Shown here piece after piece: positions 1-9,739 of a stretch of DNA of 64,000 bases (within the stretch, counting starts at the first letter, position 1; each line of letters opens with the position of its first letter). The DNA is taken from positions 1 to 64,000 of the IMG/VR virus record IMGVR_UViG_3300009164_000001. One strand, written 5' to 3'. The translations under genes were made by a program, and so were the position numbers. Under the pieces are notes generated by a model. That model worked only from the letters and a program-made list of their open reading frames with translations. It was not told the origin of the DNA and ran no database searches. Source of the DNA: a virus.

Positions 1-2
1 AG

Positions 3-191
3 TTGTTCAAGCACCCTAAATTGGTAGGTCTTCGTGCTCGTAAGAAGATTGCTGTACGTTTTACATTGGTAGATGATACTATCATCAGTAAGTCTAATGC
101 TAATGATTTAGATAACGTAGATCCTAATCAAATGGATCTAATGGAAGCTATTCAAGATCATCAAGCAGCAACTGAGGCTATCAGTAACTGA
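3..191 (+). CDS. hypothetical protein (5'-truncated by window edge)
   Basis: Open frame running in from the window edge, same strand as the downstream replication genes; no recognisable motif. Confidence 0.6.
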   Translation: MFKHPKLVGLRARKKIAVRFTLVDDTIISKSNANDLDNVDPNQMDLMEAIQDHQAATEAISN

Positions 192-256
192 GAGTTCCGT
201 CAGCAACAGGACATAGTTTATACAGCATATTTTCGTTAATTTAAATTCAAAATAAA

Positions 257-1024
257 ATGGCAATTGAGTCAAACAATTCAGAAGAAGTAGTAGCAGGTGG
301 TGGTTATCAGTTATACACTGGTATTGCAGCTGTTAGTGTAGTAGCGGTTAACCCTACTCAAGCAGAACTCCAAGAGATTGGAATTAATGCTAAAGAAGAG
401 CCTAAGTATAGTGTGGAAATCAATGGAGAAGAGTACAACAAGATTGTATTCTATCTTCGTCATGATGATCCAAACATCACTGTAAGATTCGACATTTTAA
501 CTAAGCCTGAGCACCGTATGTCAAAGAACGGTAAGGCAATGTGGATTAACAACGTAGGTCAAATGACATGGAGTGAAGAAGCTCCTGCATATGAGTGGTG
601 GAAGAACTCTGATACAAGCCGTAAAGCTTATGTTGGAGAGGATACACTTGTTAACTTCACTAAGGCATGGGCTAACGTAGCTAATGGTGGTAAGATTAGT
701 TTCGATACTATCGATGCTATCATGAAGGGAGATGTTAAAGAGTTGAAGCAGTTAATCAAAGCATTAGCTGCTAATAAACTTCGTGTGTTGATTGGTGTTA
801 AAGACGAGAAGTATCAGACAGTTTATAACCGTCACTTCGGCCGTCTTAAGCCAGCTAACGACAGTTTGTTTGTTAAGGCTCTTAACGAAGATTACGGTTC
901 ATTCAATGCTGAGTACACTAAGGATCTTAAGTTCGGGGTTTATTCTCCAACTATGATCGTAGCTGATGCTAAAGAAGAAAGCCCATTCAAGGCTGACGAC
1001 GATAGCAACGATGCTTGGATGTAA
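257..1024 (+). CDS. putative single-stranded DNA-binding protein (crAss-like)
   Basis: 255 aa; acidic C-terminal tail ending in aromatic/hydrophobic residues (DDDSNDAWM); directly upstream of primase; A-rich leader; followed by a terminator. Confidence 0.6.
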   Translation: MAIESNNSEEVVAGGGYQLYTGIAAVSVVAVNPTQAELQEIGINAKEEPKYSVEINGEEYNKIVFYLRHDDPNITVRFDILTKPEHRMSKNGKAMWINNVGQMTWSEEAPAYEWWKNSDTSRKAYVGEDTLVNFTKAWANVANGGKISFDTIDAIMKGDVKELKQLIKALAANKLRVLIGVKDEKYQTVYNRHFGRLKPANDSLFVKALNEDYGSFNAEYTKDLKFGVYSPTMIVADAKEESPFKADDDSNDAWM

Positions 1025-1042
1025 TTAGTTTCTAACAAAAGA

Positions 1043-1076
1043 ACAATAGGGGTCGATTATGACCCCTTTTGTTTTT
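1043..1076 (+). terminator. rho-independent terminator
   Basis: AGGGGTC-gattat-GACCCCT hairpin followed by TTTGTTTTT. Confidence 0.8.
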
Positions 1077-1090
1077 AATTTAGCCTCCTT

Positions 1091-2074
1091 ATGATTGAAT
1101 CAAGAAGCAGTGATGCATACTTGCATAAGGATTCTATTTTGTGTAAGATATCTGAGTACGATATATTCAGGTATTATTGTCACAATTTTAAGAATTTTGG
1201 TGACAAGTTTTGCAGTGAGTTAAGAGAGGATAGATCCCCTACATGCTCGATTGTACCTTGGAAAGGGAAAGTTATTTACAAAGATTTCGGTAGTGGAGAA
1301 AGTCACGATTGCTTTTCTTACGTACAAGCTAAATTTGGTCTAACATTCTCTGAAGCAATGAGAGTTATTGACACAGATTTCGGCCTTGGTTTACAAGCTG
1401 GAACTGTTATTAAAACTCAAATAGCTATTACATATGGTACCCAAGAAGTTATTGAAAGACGTCCAACTAAACTTGCAAAGAGGTCAAGAAGCTGGTCACT
1501 AGAAGATAAAGATTTCTGGGAAAAATTCCATATTAGTAAGAGTTTATTGATTAAATTTGGTGTCGAACCAATTGATTACTTTTGGATTAATGAAGCCCGT
1601 TACCGTTGCCACACTCCTAGTTATGTATATAACATTAATGGTCGTTACAAAGTCTATAGACCATTTGAAACAGAGGGTAAGTGGTACAGCAACACTTCTA
1701 AAGATGACATTCAAGGGTGGGAGCAACTAAAAGACAGTGGAGACATTGTATTTTTAGCCTCTTCTCTCAAGGATGTCATGTGCCTTAATGTATTGGGATA
1801 TGAAGCTATTGCTCTACAGAGTGAGATGCAAATGCCTGATCGAAAGCTAATTAATGAGCTACAAGAAAGATTCCAAGTTGTAGCTGTACTTTACGATAAT
1901 GATTTTGAGAAGGAAACAAATCCTGGCCAGACAATGGCTAATAAAATTTGTGCAGAATTCAATCTAATTAATGTAATTTTACCAGCACATTACAAATCCA
2001 AAGACATTTCTGACTTGATGAAAGATCATGGAGTAGAAATAGCTAAAAGGATTGTACAAATACAACTACCGTAA
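1091..2074 (+). CDS. DNA primase (DnaG-like, crAss type)
   Basis: N-terminal degenerate Zn-ribbon region (CSELREDRSPTCS...YKDFG..DCF) and TOPRIM-like C-terminus (SSLKDVM, LYDND, KDISD). Confidence 0.85.
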   Translation: MIESRSSDAYLHKDSILCKISEYDIFRYYCHNFKNFGDKFCSELREDRSPTCSIVPWKGKVIYKDFGSGESHDCFSYVQAKFGLTFSEAMRVIDTDFGLGLQAGTVIKTQIAITYGTQEVIERRPTKLAKRSRSWSLEDKDFWEKFHISKSLLIKFGVEPIDYFWINEARYRCHTPSYVYNINGRYKVYRPFETEGKWYSNTSKDDIQGWEQLKDSGDIVFLASSLKDVMCLNVLGYEAIALQSEMQMPDRKLINELQERFQVVAVLYDNDFEKETNPGQTMANKICAEFNLINVILPAHYKSKDISDLMKDHGVEIAKRIVQIQLP

Positions 2075-2077
2075 GCA

Positions 2078-2587
2078 ATGGCAAAAAAGACTCAAAGAAT
2101 TCGATCTAACACTGTTCAAAAAGCTAGACCTAAACCAGGAGGAAGACTAAAAGGTAAAGGGAAGATTCAAGCTAAACCAAAAGAGGTAGATGGGATTAAG
2201 TTCAAATCTATGCTTGAGGTATTTTGTTACAGAAAGTTAAAAGAACTTGGGGTTGATTTTACCTATGAGGAACACTCTTATCAATTGACTGATGCTTTCT
2301 ACTATCCTTGTCCAATCTTTGAAACCAAAGCTACGACTAAGGAATTTGTAGATAAGAGTAAGGATAAAATTAGAGGGATTTCTTACACACCAGACTTTGT
2401 GAGTCACGATGCAGATGGTAAGCTGCTATGGGTAATAGAATGTAAAGGTTTTGCTAATGATCGTTTTCCAAACACTTGGAAGAACTTCAAGAAGCACTTA
2501 ATGGACAATGATTCTGTCTGCCCGTTATTCTTACCAAAAGATCAAAAACAAATTTTACAAGTAATTCAGCTCATTTCTGAGCTATAA
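2078..2587 (+). CDS. PD-(D/E)XK endonuclease (T7 endonuclease I / Holliday junction resolvase-like)
   Basis: FKSMLE...YE...YTPDF...IECKG motifs. Confidence 0.8.
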   Translation: MAKKTQRIRSNTVQKARPKPGGRLKGKGKIQAKPKEVDGIKFKSMLEVFCYRKLKELGVDFTYEEHSYQLTDAFYYPCPIFETKATTKEFVDKSKDKIRGISYTPDFVSHDADGKLLWVIECKGFANDRFPNTWKNFKKHLMDNDSVCPLFLPKDQKQILQVIQLISEL

Positions 2588-2598
2588 ACTTAAACTTT

Positions 2599-2967
2599 AT
2601 GAGCTTCATTATTAATGAAGTCTCTAGTTATCTTAAGTCACATCAAATTCAAAAGGGAGATCTCATATACATTGCTGTAGGAAATGTTTTCCATTTTGGT
2701 ATTTATGATAGTTGTAAATCTAGAGGAAAGATTTATTATTATCATCTTGGAGGACCGTGGGCAAATCATGAAAATGCCTATTGTTTTAAGCATGTAGACG
2801 GAAACCCATCATGGTTGTATCAAAAAATTAACAATCCTGGAATAGGATCTGTTGATTTTACCAATACCCATGCAGATAAAAGGATATTTCCTATACCGAA
2901 AGAGATGTGTACTAAGTTATTATTAGAGATTCAACACGATTACAAAAAAGCTAGAAACTTATTATGA
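2599..2967 (+). CDS. hypothetical protein
   Basis: 122 aa ORF; ATGA overlap with the next gene. Confidence 0.7.
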   Translation: MSFIINEVSSYLKSHQIQKGDLIYIAVGNVFHFGIYDSCKSRGKIYYYHLGGPWANHENAYCFKHVDGNPSWLYQKINNPGIGSVDFTNTHADKRIFPIPKEMCTKLLLEIQHDYKKARNLL

Positions 2968-5783
2968 GTATCAAACAAATTGACAATGAATTTGTCGGTT
3001 CAGACACTGGTGTTGCTAAACGAATTAATCGTGGTGCAGAGAAGCTAGTGTTTGACATATTACAAGCCACTCAGTATTCTACCCCAATTCCTTCAACTGT
3101 CAGAGAGCTGGTAACAAATGCCTGCGATTCTCAACGAGAGAAGGAGATTGCCATAGAGATATTGACTGGCCAGAAAACTGTGGAAGATTATTACATCAAT
3201 CGAGAAGGTGAGCAGTACGAAGACAGTAACTTCGATCCTAGTTATTACAACATAACTAATCTTGATGTAGTAAACAAACACATTGACGTTATCTACAAGC
3301 ACAATGCTGGAGTTGGATATTGTGACCAGTTCACAATTAAAGACTTTGGTGTTGGTATCGGGGGTAGAAGATTAGAGGGTATCCTAGAACTAGGTTACTC
3401 AACTAAACGTAATACCTCAGAGAATTTTGGTGCCTTTGGTTTGGGTGCTAAGGTTGCATTATCTACCGGTGTAGACTTCTACACTATTGAAACTATTTAT
3501 AATGGGAAACGATTTAAAGCAAATTGTTTTAACTACAAAACAGATTTTCTCATTCCGAGATTTAATCTTAGTACTGGCCAAGAGAATCCATACATCGAAT
3601 TTACCGATGGGACTAAAGTCTATTATGAGCCGACTATTGAATTGAACAGAACTGAGATTTCGTTTGGAGTTAAGAAGCACAATGCAGATCGTTTCATGGA
3701 TGCAGTCAGTGAGCAGTTAACTTACTTGAGCAATGTTAGATTCTTTGTGGTTGAAGAGAACGATTATCGAAGAGAGGTCGACTTCAAGCCTAGTGTTATC
3801 TACAACTCAAAGCATTTAATTATCACTGAGAGTAACTACTATGCACGTCCACATATTGTCGTTGTTAAAGCAGAGGGTGCAACCACTGGTATTAACTATG
3901 GTCACGTGGATTTCCGAGAGTTGGAGATGGAGCAGTTATATGGGGCAGTTGGTCTGAAGTGTCCTATACGACAAGTGTACAAGAATGAACAGGGGGAAGA
4001 AGTAGTTATTCAAGATGGAGTCGATGTTACTCCGAGCCGTGAGAAAGTAATCTGGTCTGACCACACTAAACAGTTTGTGCAGAACTTGATTATCAAAGCA
4101 GGTGAGGAAGCAACAGAGCTTGTGCAAGAGAAGCTGAACGAAACAGATTTCTTGAAATGGGTAGATGCATGTAAGAATGTAGTTTTCTCAGGGAAAATTG
4201 CAGAAGATTATTCTGCTAATGGTAAAGTGCTGCAGTCTATGAGTAGAATCATTGATACTAAATCTTTGAAGCCGGTATATCCAGTGAACAAACGAATCAA
4301 GTTTGAGCACATGGGAAAGGTATTCGAAGGGTTTAATGTCAAACTTCACACTTTGACTAATAAGCTTGAGAACGGAGAGTTTAAGATAGTTTCTAATACT
4401 ACTGATGTTGATACTTGGGAAAAGTTTGACATTGCTAAGGTGTATTTCAGAAAAGAAGGATTTACCAGACTTAAAGATGCATATCTTATGAAGGAGAATG
4501 GTGGTTCTTTTATATCTATCAAGAAGAAATCCACTCAAGATTTAGAAGACAAGTGTGATGATCCTTCTACACTAGCACATGATTTAGTTCTGTATGAAGC
4601 TCAGTTAGGGAAGATTAAGAAGAACCAATTAGAAGTTGAGAAGTATTTATCAGAGTCAGAAAGCTACAGAGTTTATGATGATGTGATAGTTCCTGATGAC
4701 TTTGAGGCTAGTCTTAAAGAGGAGGAAGATACCCTGGCTGCTACAGGTGGAGGAACACTTAAACTTACTCCTGCTGAACTTCGTGAGTTGAACAAGCAGA
4801 TTGTAGGTTACACTGTTCGTGCTGCTACTGCTAGACATGCTAATAACTGGGATAATTCTGTGTGGGATAAGGTGGAACCAAAGTTATCAGAACTTAGAGC
4901 AACTAAGACTGTAATTTATTACGGTACAGATGCAGATGGTGAGAAACTTAAGTTAGCTGCTGAGATTTTACATCACTTTACCCCTGCAATTGGGCAAGTT
5001 TATGTTCAATCTAGTTATACTCCTCCTTATTCTAATGGTAGAAGTGATCCTATGCATTTCTATATGTGTGATCCTTCTAGGTTTCTCGATGTTAAAGGGG
5101 AGCTAACACATCACATGACAGGTACTATTAACAGGGATTACAATTGCCCACAGTTAATTAAGCTTAGTGAGACTAATGTAAAGCAAGTACAGAATGTAGA
5201 AAACATCAAGCATATTGACGAGTTCTTTTATGCTGTAGATGAGGATGACAATCTTACTTGTAGCTTCTACCTTAGAATGTATTATGCTGCACATACTATG
5301 GATATTGAGAGAGTTCAACCTTTCTTTGAGAACCTACAATCTATCAATCCTTTGTTTGCTCAAATCTATGAGAAGCTTGACTATGTAAAAGATAAGCTGT
5401 CTTACAAGTTGAAGGGTAAATCTCATGAGGTAATTGATGAGGTATTCACAAGATTGAATAAGATGGCTGCCTTAGAGTATGTATGCATGACTTCCCCTGA
5501 TGATAAAGAAGCAATTGCTGATACATCGAGTAAGTTGTTCATAGCATCTGATATTCCAGGAGCAAAGATCCGTATTCCAGGGTTAGAAGGCATGGTATCT
5601 TTTTATAAAGATTTCACAGAAAGTTCTCAACACGTACTTTCTCAAATCTCTAACTACAAGTATGAAGATGAGGCTACTAAACGTGAGATTCAGCTGTATC
5701 TTAAAGCAAAAGGGTTACTCGAAATGACCATTCCTGTTGAAGAAATTAATGAGTTCGAGTCATTTATTTCACTAAATTTGTAA
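2964..5783 (+). CDS. rIIA: RIIA-like protein (N-terminal GHKL/HSP90-type ATPase)
   Basis: GHKL motifs RELVTNACDS, DFGVGI, GYSTK, GAFGLGAK; VTPSRE motif; followed by an rIIB-like gene. Confidence 0.85.
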   Translation: MSIKQIDNEFVGSDTGVAKRINRGAEKLVFDILQATQYSTPIPSTVRELVTNACDSQREKEIAIEILTGQKTVEDYYINREGEQYEDSNFDPSYYNITNLDVVNKHIDVIYKHNAGVGYCDQFTIKDFGVGIGGRRLEGILELGYSTKRNTSENFGAFGLGAKVALSTGVDFYTIETIYNGKRFKANCFNYKTDFLIPRFNLSTGQENPYIEFTDGTKVYYEPTIELNRTEISFGVKKHNADRFMDAVSEQLTYLSNVRFFVVEENDYRREVDFKPSVIYNSKHLIITESNYYARPHIVVVKAEGATTGINYGHVDFRELEMEQLYGAVGLKCPIRQVYKNEQGEEVVIQDGVDVTPSREKVIWSDHTKQFVQNLIIKAGEEATELVQEKLNETDFLKWVDACKNVVFSGKIAEDYSANGKVLQSMSRIIDTKSLKPVYPVNKRIKFEHMGKVFEGFNVKLHTLTNKLENGEFKIVSNTTDVDTWEKFDIAKVYFRKEGFTRLKDAYLMKENGGSFISIKKKSTQDLEDKCDDPSTLAHDLVLYEAQLGKIKKNQLEVEKYLSESESYRVYDDVIVPDDFEASLKEEEDTLAATGGGTLKLTPAELRELNKQIVGYTVRAATARHANNWDNSVWDKVEPKLSELRATKTVIYYGTDADGEKLKLAAEILHHFTPAIGQVYVQSSYTPPYSNGRSDPMHFYMCDPSRFLDVKGELTHHMTGTINRDYNCPQLIKLSETNVKQVQNVENIKHIDEFFYAVDEDDNLTCSFYLRMYYAAHTMDIERVQPFFENLQSINPLFAQIYEKLDYVKDKLSYKLKGKSHEVIDEVFTRLNKMAALEYVCMTSPDDKEAIADTSSKLFIASDIPGAKIRIPGLEGMVSFYKDFTESSQHVLSQISNYKYEDEATKREIQLYLKAKGLLEMTIPVEEINEFESFISLNL
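5773..5780 (+). promoter_or_regulatory. Bacteroidota-type -7 promoter element upstream of rIIB
   Basis: TAAATTTG matches TAnnTTTG; 26 nt upstream of the ATG, followed by an A-rich leader. Confidence 0.45.
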
Positions 5784-5806
5784 TACAAACAATAACAAAA
5801 TCTTAT

Positions 5807-6976
5807 ATGATTAGTTTAAATGTAATCGATGGAAACATCGTAGGATCTTACGGAGAGAAGTCATTCTCTGTAAAGTACAAGGAAGAGTTGTACAAACAGA
5901 TGCAAGAGTTAGCTAACAAAGCTGACAAAGCAGAAACAATGGACGAGTTGAAAGGTATCATAGATACTTTCGATAGTTTGGCTGTTGAGGATTACACTCA
6001 ACTTATCGAGGATAAGTGTGAGCACATCTACGTTAATAGCACTACTGGAGAGTTCTTCTTGAAGACTGGTGAAGTGGTATCTAACGTTCCAATGCCATCG
6101 GCTTTAGTAGAGAGAATCTATGAGTCTATGGATATGGGATTAGATTTCATGCCACTTATCAAGATGTGGACTCGTTGGCTACGTAACCCAATTCTTTGGA
6201 AGAAGATGCATAATGGTACAGGGGTAGAATTCTCTGAAAGATTCTTCAACTTTATCAATCTAAAGTATGTTCACCCTGTTCTATTCAAAGAACTTGTTGA
6301 AGAGAAAGGATTGAGTGATGAAGTAGCTGAGAAGAAAGCTACTATGTATCAGATGAAGATCACCAAGGAAGGTTTATTGAACGGTTACAAAGTTTCTTCG
6401 GAAGTTTTGCACAAGTTCGATGCTGAAACTGGAGAGGTAGTAGATCGTTATGCACGTACATTCAATGTAGACACTGGAGAAATTGAGTCAGAAGGCTTAC
6501 CAGAGTTTGTAGAGGATCGTGTGTTCCAACCTGCTATCATGGGAGAAGGTGGAGATGCATTCTATTGTGAAGGTCCTAACGGTTATGCTAACCCTGGTCA
6601 CTTCATTAAAGTAGGATGTACTCATCGTCTTGGATCTTGGGATCAGGTGAATACTAATGACCGTCAAGCATGTGTACCTGGTTTACACTTCGGAGGTCTT
6701 GAGTATATCAACCGTATCTCAGGTGAGATTCACAACATCTTTGTAGACCCGATGCATATCGGTGCCGTTCCAGATGATAATACGGGTGCTATCCGTTGTC
6801 TTCAGTATTTTGTGCATTCAAGTTTGGCTGGTGTAAATGGTTCCATTTATCACTCTTCAACTTATGCAGCAAAGACTGATGAGGAATGGTCTATAGCTCG
6901 TAAAGAAGCAGTAGAGAAATCTTTCTCTCGTATTGAAGAAATAAAAGCAGCCGTTGCTAGAATAAACAACCTGTAA
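5807..6976 (+). CDS. rIIB: RIIB-like protein
   Basis: Follows rIIA; WLRNP, ITKEG.L.GYK, C..GLH.G..EY and VDP.HI.AVP.D..G.IRC motifs resemble RIIB. Confidence 0.8.
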   Translation: MISLNVIDGNIVGSYGEKSFSVKYKEELYKQMQELANKADKAETMDELKGIIDTFDSLAVEDYTQLIEDKCEHIYVNSTTGEFFLKTGEVVSNVPMPSALVERIYESMDMGLDFMPLIKMWTRWLRNPILWKKMHNGTGVEFSERFFNFINLKYVHPVLFKELVEEKGLSDEVAEKKATMYQMKITKEGLLNGYKVSSEVLHKFDAETGEVVDRYARTFNVDTGEIESEGLPEFVEDRVFQPAIMGEGGDAFYCEGPNGYANPGHFIKVGCTHRLGSWDQVNTNDRQACVPGLHFGGLEYINRISGEIHNIFVDPMHIGAVPDDNTGAIRCLQYFVHSSLAGVNGSIYHSSTYAAKTDEEWSIARKEAVEKSFSRIEEIKAAVARINNL

Positions 6977-6987
6977 ATTAAGCTAAA

Positions 6988-7767
6988 ATGGAAGAAATAT
7001 TAGACCAGAGTGTAGGACCAGTGGAACCGATATGTCTAATTGATGGAGATAGCTTAATTTATTATGAGATGGACAAGCCAACCCTGGAGGAAGCCTTACA
7101 AGGGCTAGACTCCAGGATCTTGTCTATTCTTGAACAATGCAAAACCCCTACATATGTTGGATTTCTTACAGATCATAACTGTTTCCGTTACAAAGTTAGT
7201 GCAGACTATAAAGCTAATCGGAAACATAGAGTTAAACCTGTTATCTTTCCTTCACTCAGAGAATACCTCAAACAAAAATGGGGATTCTACGGAGTCGAAG
7301 GATTAGAAGCAGATGACTTGGTCAGTTATTATGCTAAGAATGAGCCACGTAAAACTATTATCTGTTCACCTGATAAGGATGTTCTTTATCAGTGCCCAGG
7401 TATGCATTTCAATTATCGTACTTCTGAATTCTTGCACACATCACCAGATGATGCAGAAGAATTCTTGTGGAAGCAAGTGTTGATGGGAGACAGTACAGAT
7501 AATATTGCAGGCATACCAGGAGTTGGGATTAAGACAGCTGAGAATTGGTTAATGGGGAGAACTAATGATGTTGAAGCATTTGTTTTGAAGAAGTATATCG
7601 AGAAATTTGGGAGTACAGAAGGCATCATGCAGTTCTATACTAACTTTAAACTTGTATATTTACTTCAAAGCCCTGAGGATATTCTCAGAGAGCTTCAAAA
7701 TAACTTAGAACCCTTAAAACCTTTTACTTATATTGCTTATGAGCCAACAGATAGTGACGGATGGTAA
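6988..7767 (+). CDS. 5'-3' exonuclease (PIN/FEN fold, T7 gp6 / PolA 5'-exo-like)
   Basis: IDGDS, YKANR, EADD, DKD, GDSTDNIAGIPGVG.KTA motifs. Confidence 0.9.
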   Translation: MEEILDQSVGPVEPICLIDGDSLIYYEMDKPTLEEALQGLDSRILSILEQCKTPTYVGFLTDHNCFRYKVSADYKANRKHRVKPVIFPSLREYLKQKWGFYGVEGLEADDLVSYYAKNEPRKTIICSPDKDVLYQCPGMHFNYRTSEFLHTSPDDAEEFLWKQVLMGDSTDNIAGIPGVGIKTAENWLMGRTNDVEAFVLKKYIEKFGSTEGIMQFYTNFKLVYLLQSPEDILRELQNNLEPLKPFTYIAYEPTDSDGW

Positions 7768-8542
7768 GATAATTTTTGCCCCCGTGAATGGACGAACCAT
7801 TCGTATGACAGGGAGTGTTGCAGACTATTCTAGAGTTTATGATGAAGATGGAAAGACGGTAACTGCTTTGGTAAGTGGGAAATTAAAACATGATATCGGC
7901 TCTATTGTTAGAGGCCGTACAAAGAATCCCTACAAAGTAAACATCATCACTCCACTTTATAATGCTGTAAATCTTTTAGCTGGATATGATCTATCAGTTG
8001 CAAAAGCAACAAAGTCTACAATCTTTTTATGCCCAATGCTTGGAGGAAAGAGAGAGTTATTCTACTGGAATAATCTATTAGTAAATGCATTCTTTGCTAT
8101 ACCGAACGAGGAGAATGTGATTGCATTACTTTATAGATTTTCAGGAGATGCTACGTTCACAAAATTTGAACATGCTCTTGAAAAGTTTGGGACTTTTAAG
8201 TATAAGATTGATACTGACCCATACCATGTTTTGTTTGTATTTGGTGTCCCTGAGCATGCTCAAGGAGCTTATGAACATTTTATTAACGGTCGGTATTCAG
8301 AGATGGATGATATTATCAAACTTAAGATTTTGGATTATCATGGATTTAATATGGATGGGTCAACAGCTAAAATCCTATTCAAGTCTCCTTCGTTGAAGAA
8401 AGAACTTGAAGAACAATTAGACGTAACGATACCAGAAGAGAATGAACTTCATTCCCCACCAAAATTAAACGAAGAAACATTTGATCCAGAACTATATCAT
8501 ACAAGTAAATTAAAATTCGATAATACAAAATTCTTAAAATGA
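7733..8542 (+). CDS. hypothetical protein
   Basis: 269 aa ORF overlapping both neighbours in the operon; start may be the ATG at 7739. Confidence 0.7.
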   Translation: MLMSQQIVTDGKIIFAPVNGRTIRMTGSVADYSRVYDEDGKTVTALVSGKLKHDIGSIVRGRTKNPYKVNIITPLYNAVNLLAGYDLSVAKATKSTIFLCPMLGGKRELFYWNNLLVNAFFAIPNEENVIALLYRFSGDATFTKFEHALEKFGTFKYKIDTDPYHVLFVFGVPEHAQGAYEHFINGRYSEMDDIIKLKILDYHGFNMDGSTAKILFKSPSLKKELEEQLDVTIPEENELHSPPKLNEETFDPELYHTSKLKFDNTKFLK

Positions 8543-9294
8543 GTAAACTGCTTGAACAGATCGGGGATTGGGGACCTATTCATCAATCGATAGTAGAAAG
8601 CCACCCCGGTCTTTACAGGCAGCTCGTAGACTTTGTCCAATTTCATAGAACTAACTACACTGTTTATCCTTCTGCACCAGAAGTGTTTAGAGCATTCGAG
8701 TTATGTCAAATGAAGGACCTACGAGTTGTCATCATAGGGCAAGATCCATATCACAATGGAGCTGCTACCGGCCTTTGCTTTGGAGTTAAAGAGGGAATGA
8801 AAATTAATCCTAGTCTACGAGTGATACAGAAAGAAATCTGTAGATCCCATGGCATAGACGAATCAGATGCAAAAACAACTGAGTTCGATTATTCATTGTC
8901 GCACCTGGCCAAGCAAGGGACATTGCTACTGAACACTACTTTAACTGTTACTAAGGGTAAACCAAATTCACACGAACAAGTGTGGGGCTGGTACTCCAAG
9001 GAAATAGTTAAAGCAATATGTGAGAATCTAGACGGAGTCATCTTTCTACTTTGGGGTAAGTTTGCACAACATGCCTTTGGAGGAATAGTTAAAGAGGTGA
9101 ATAACTTGAAGGATAAATCACATATCATCTTTGCAGCGTCACATCCGGCTGCTGAGGTATATGGAGGTAATGCTAGATTTATTGGTTGTAATCATTTCAT
9201 TAAAGTTAATGAAGTAATTGCAGAGCCAATTAATTGGTTTACATTACCAGAAAAGAAAGAGGATGAATTAGAATCTCAATTTAATTTATTATGA
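8539..9294 (+). CDS. ung: uracil-DNA glycosylase (family 1)
   Basis: GQDPYH, GLCF, PSL, QG.LLLNT.LTV, SH, LWG and SHP motifs. Confidence 0.95.
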   Translation: MSKLLEQIGDWGPIHQSIVESHPGLYRQLVDFVQFHRTNYTVYPSAPEVFRAFELCQMKDLRVVIIGQDPYHNGAATGLCFGVKEGMKINPSLRVIQKEICRSHGIDESDAKTTEFDYSLSHLAKQGTLLLNTTLTVTKGKPNSHEQVWGWYSKEIVKAICENLDGVIFLLWGKFAQHAFGGIVKEVNNLKDKSHIIFAASHPAAEVYGGNARFIGCNHFIKVNEVIAEPINWFTLPEKKEDELESQFNLL

Positions 9295-9698
9295 AAGATA
9301 GAGAACAGCAAATTACAGATGTCTGTAACAAAATTAAAGTACTTTTGTTACTAAAGAACAAAGCTTACGGGGACTCAGCACTTGAGCCCGTAAGAATCTT
9401 TTCAAAAAGTGATTCTTTAGATGGATTACTTGTACGTATTGATGACAAGTTATCTCGTATTAAGAATGTAGGAGTTGCATCTAATGCTACTGAAGACACT
9501 CTTCTGGATCTGATTGGGTACTTAGTTCTTTTGAAAGTTCAATTGGATGAAAAAAACCAAAATCTATCTACAGTTTATGAAAAGTTTGATGGAGTAGATC
9601 AGTTAGGTTTACCAAAAATGAAACCTAATTACTCGTATGGTACTAATAAAGATATCGAGAAGATTCGATATACTAATGGTACTTTAACAGGATATTAA
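9291..9698 (+). CDS. DUF1599 / Nmad1-like all-alpha protein
   Basis: KN.AYGDS...R.DDKL.R....EDTL.DL.GY pattern. Confidence 0.7.
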   Translation: MKDREQQITDVCNKIKVLLLLKNKAYGDSALEPVRIFSKSDSLDGLLVRIDDKLSRIKNVGVASNATEDTLLDLIGYLVLLKVQLDEKNQNLSTVYEKFDGVDQLGLPKMKPNYSYGTNKDIEKIRYTNGTLTGY

Positions 9699-9735
9699 AA
9701 AGAAAAAGGAAAGGGGCAGTAGCCCCTTTTTTATT
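9699..9735. terminator. bidirectional rho-independent terminator at the convergence of the two modules
   Basis: AAAGGGGC-agta-GCCCCTTT hairpin with an A-run on one side and a T-run on the other, between convergent ORFs. Confidence 0.85.
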
Positions 9736-9739
9736 GCCC

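Noticed and set aside
189-239. Possible TGA readthrough extending the first ORF (EFRQQQDIVYTAYFR)
   Set aside because: A single short instance with no independent support; TGA acts as a stop elsewhere
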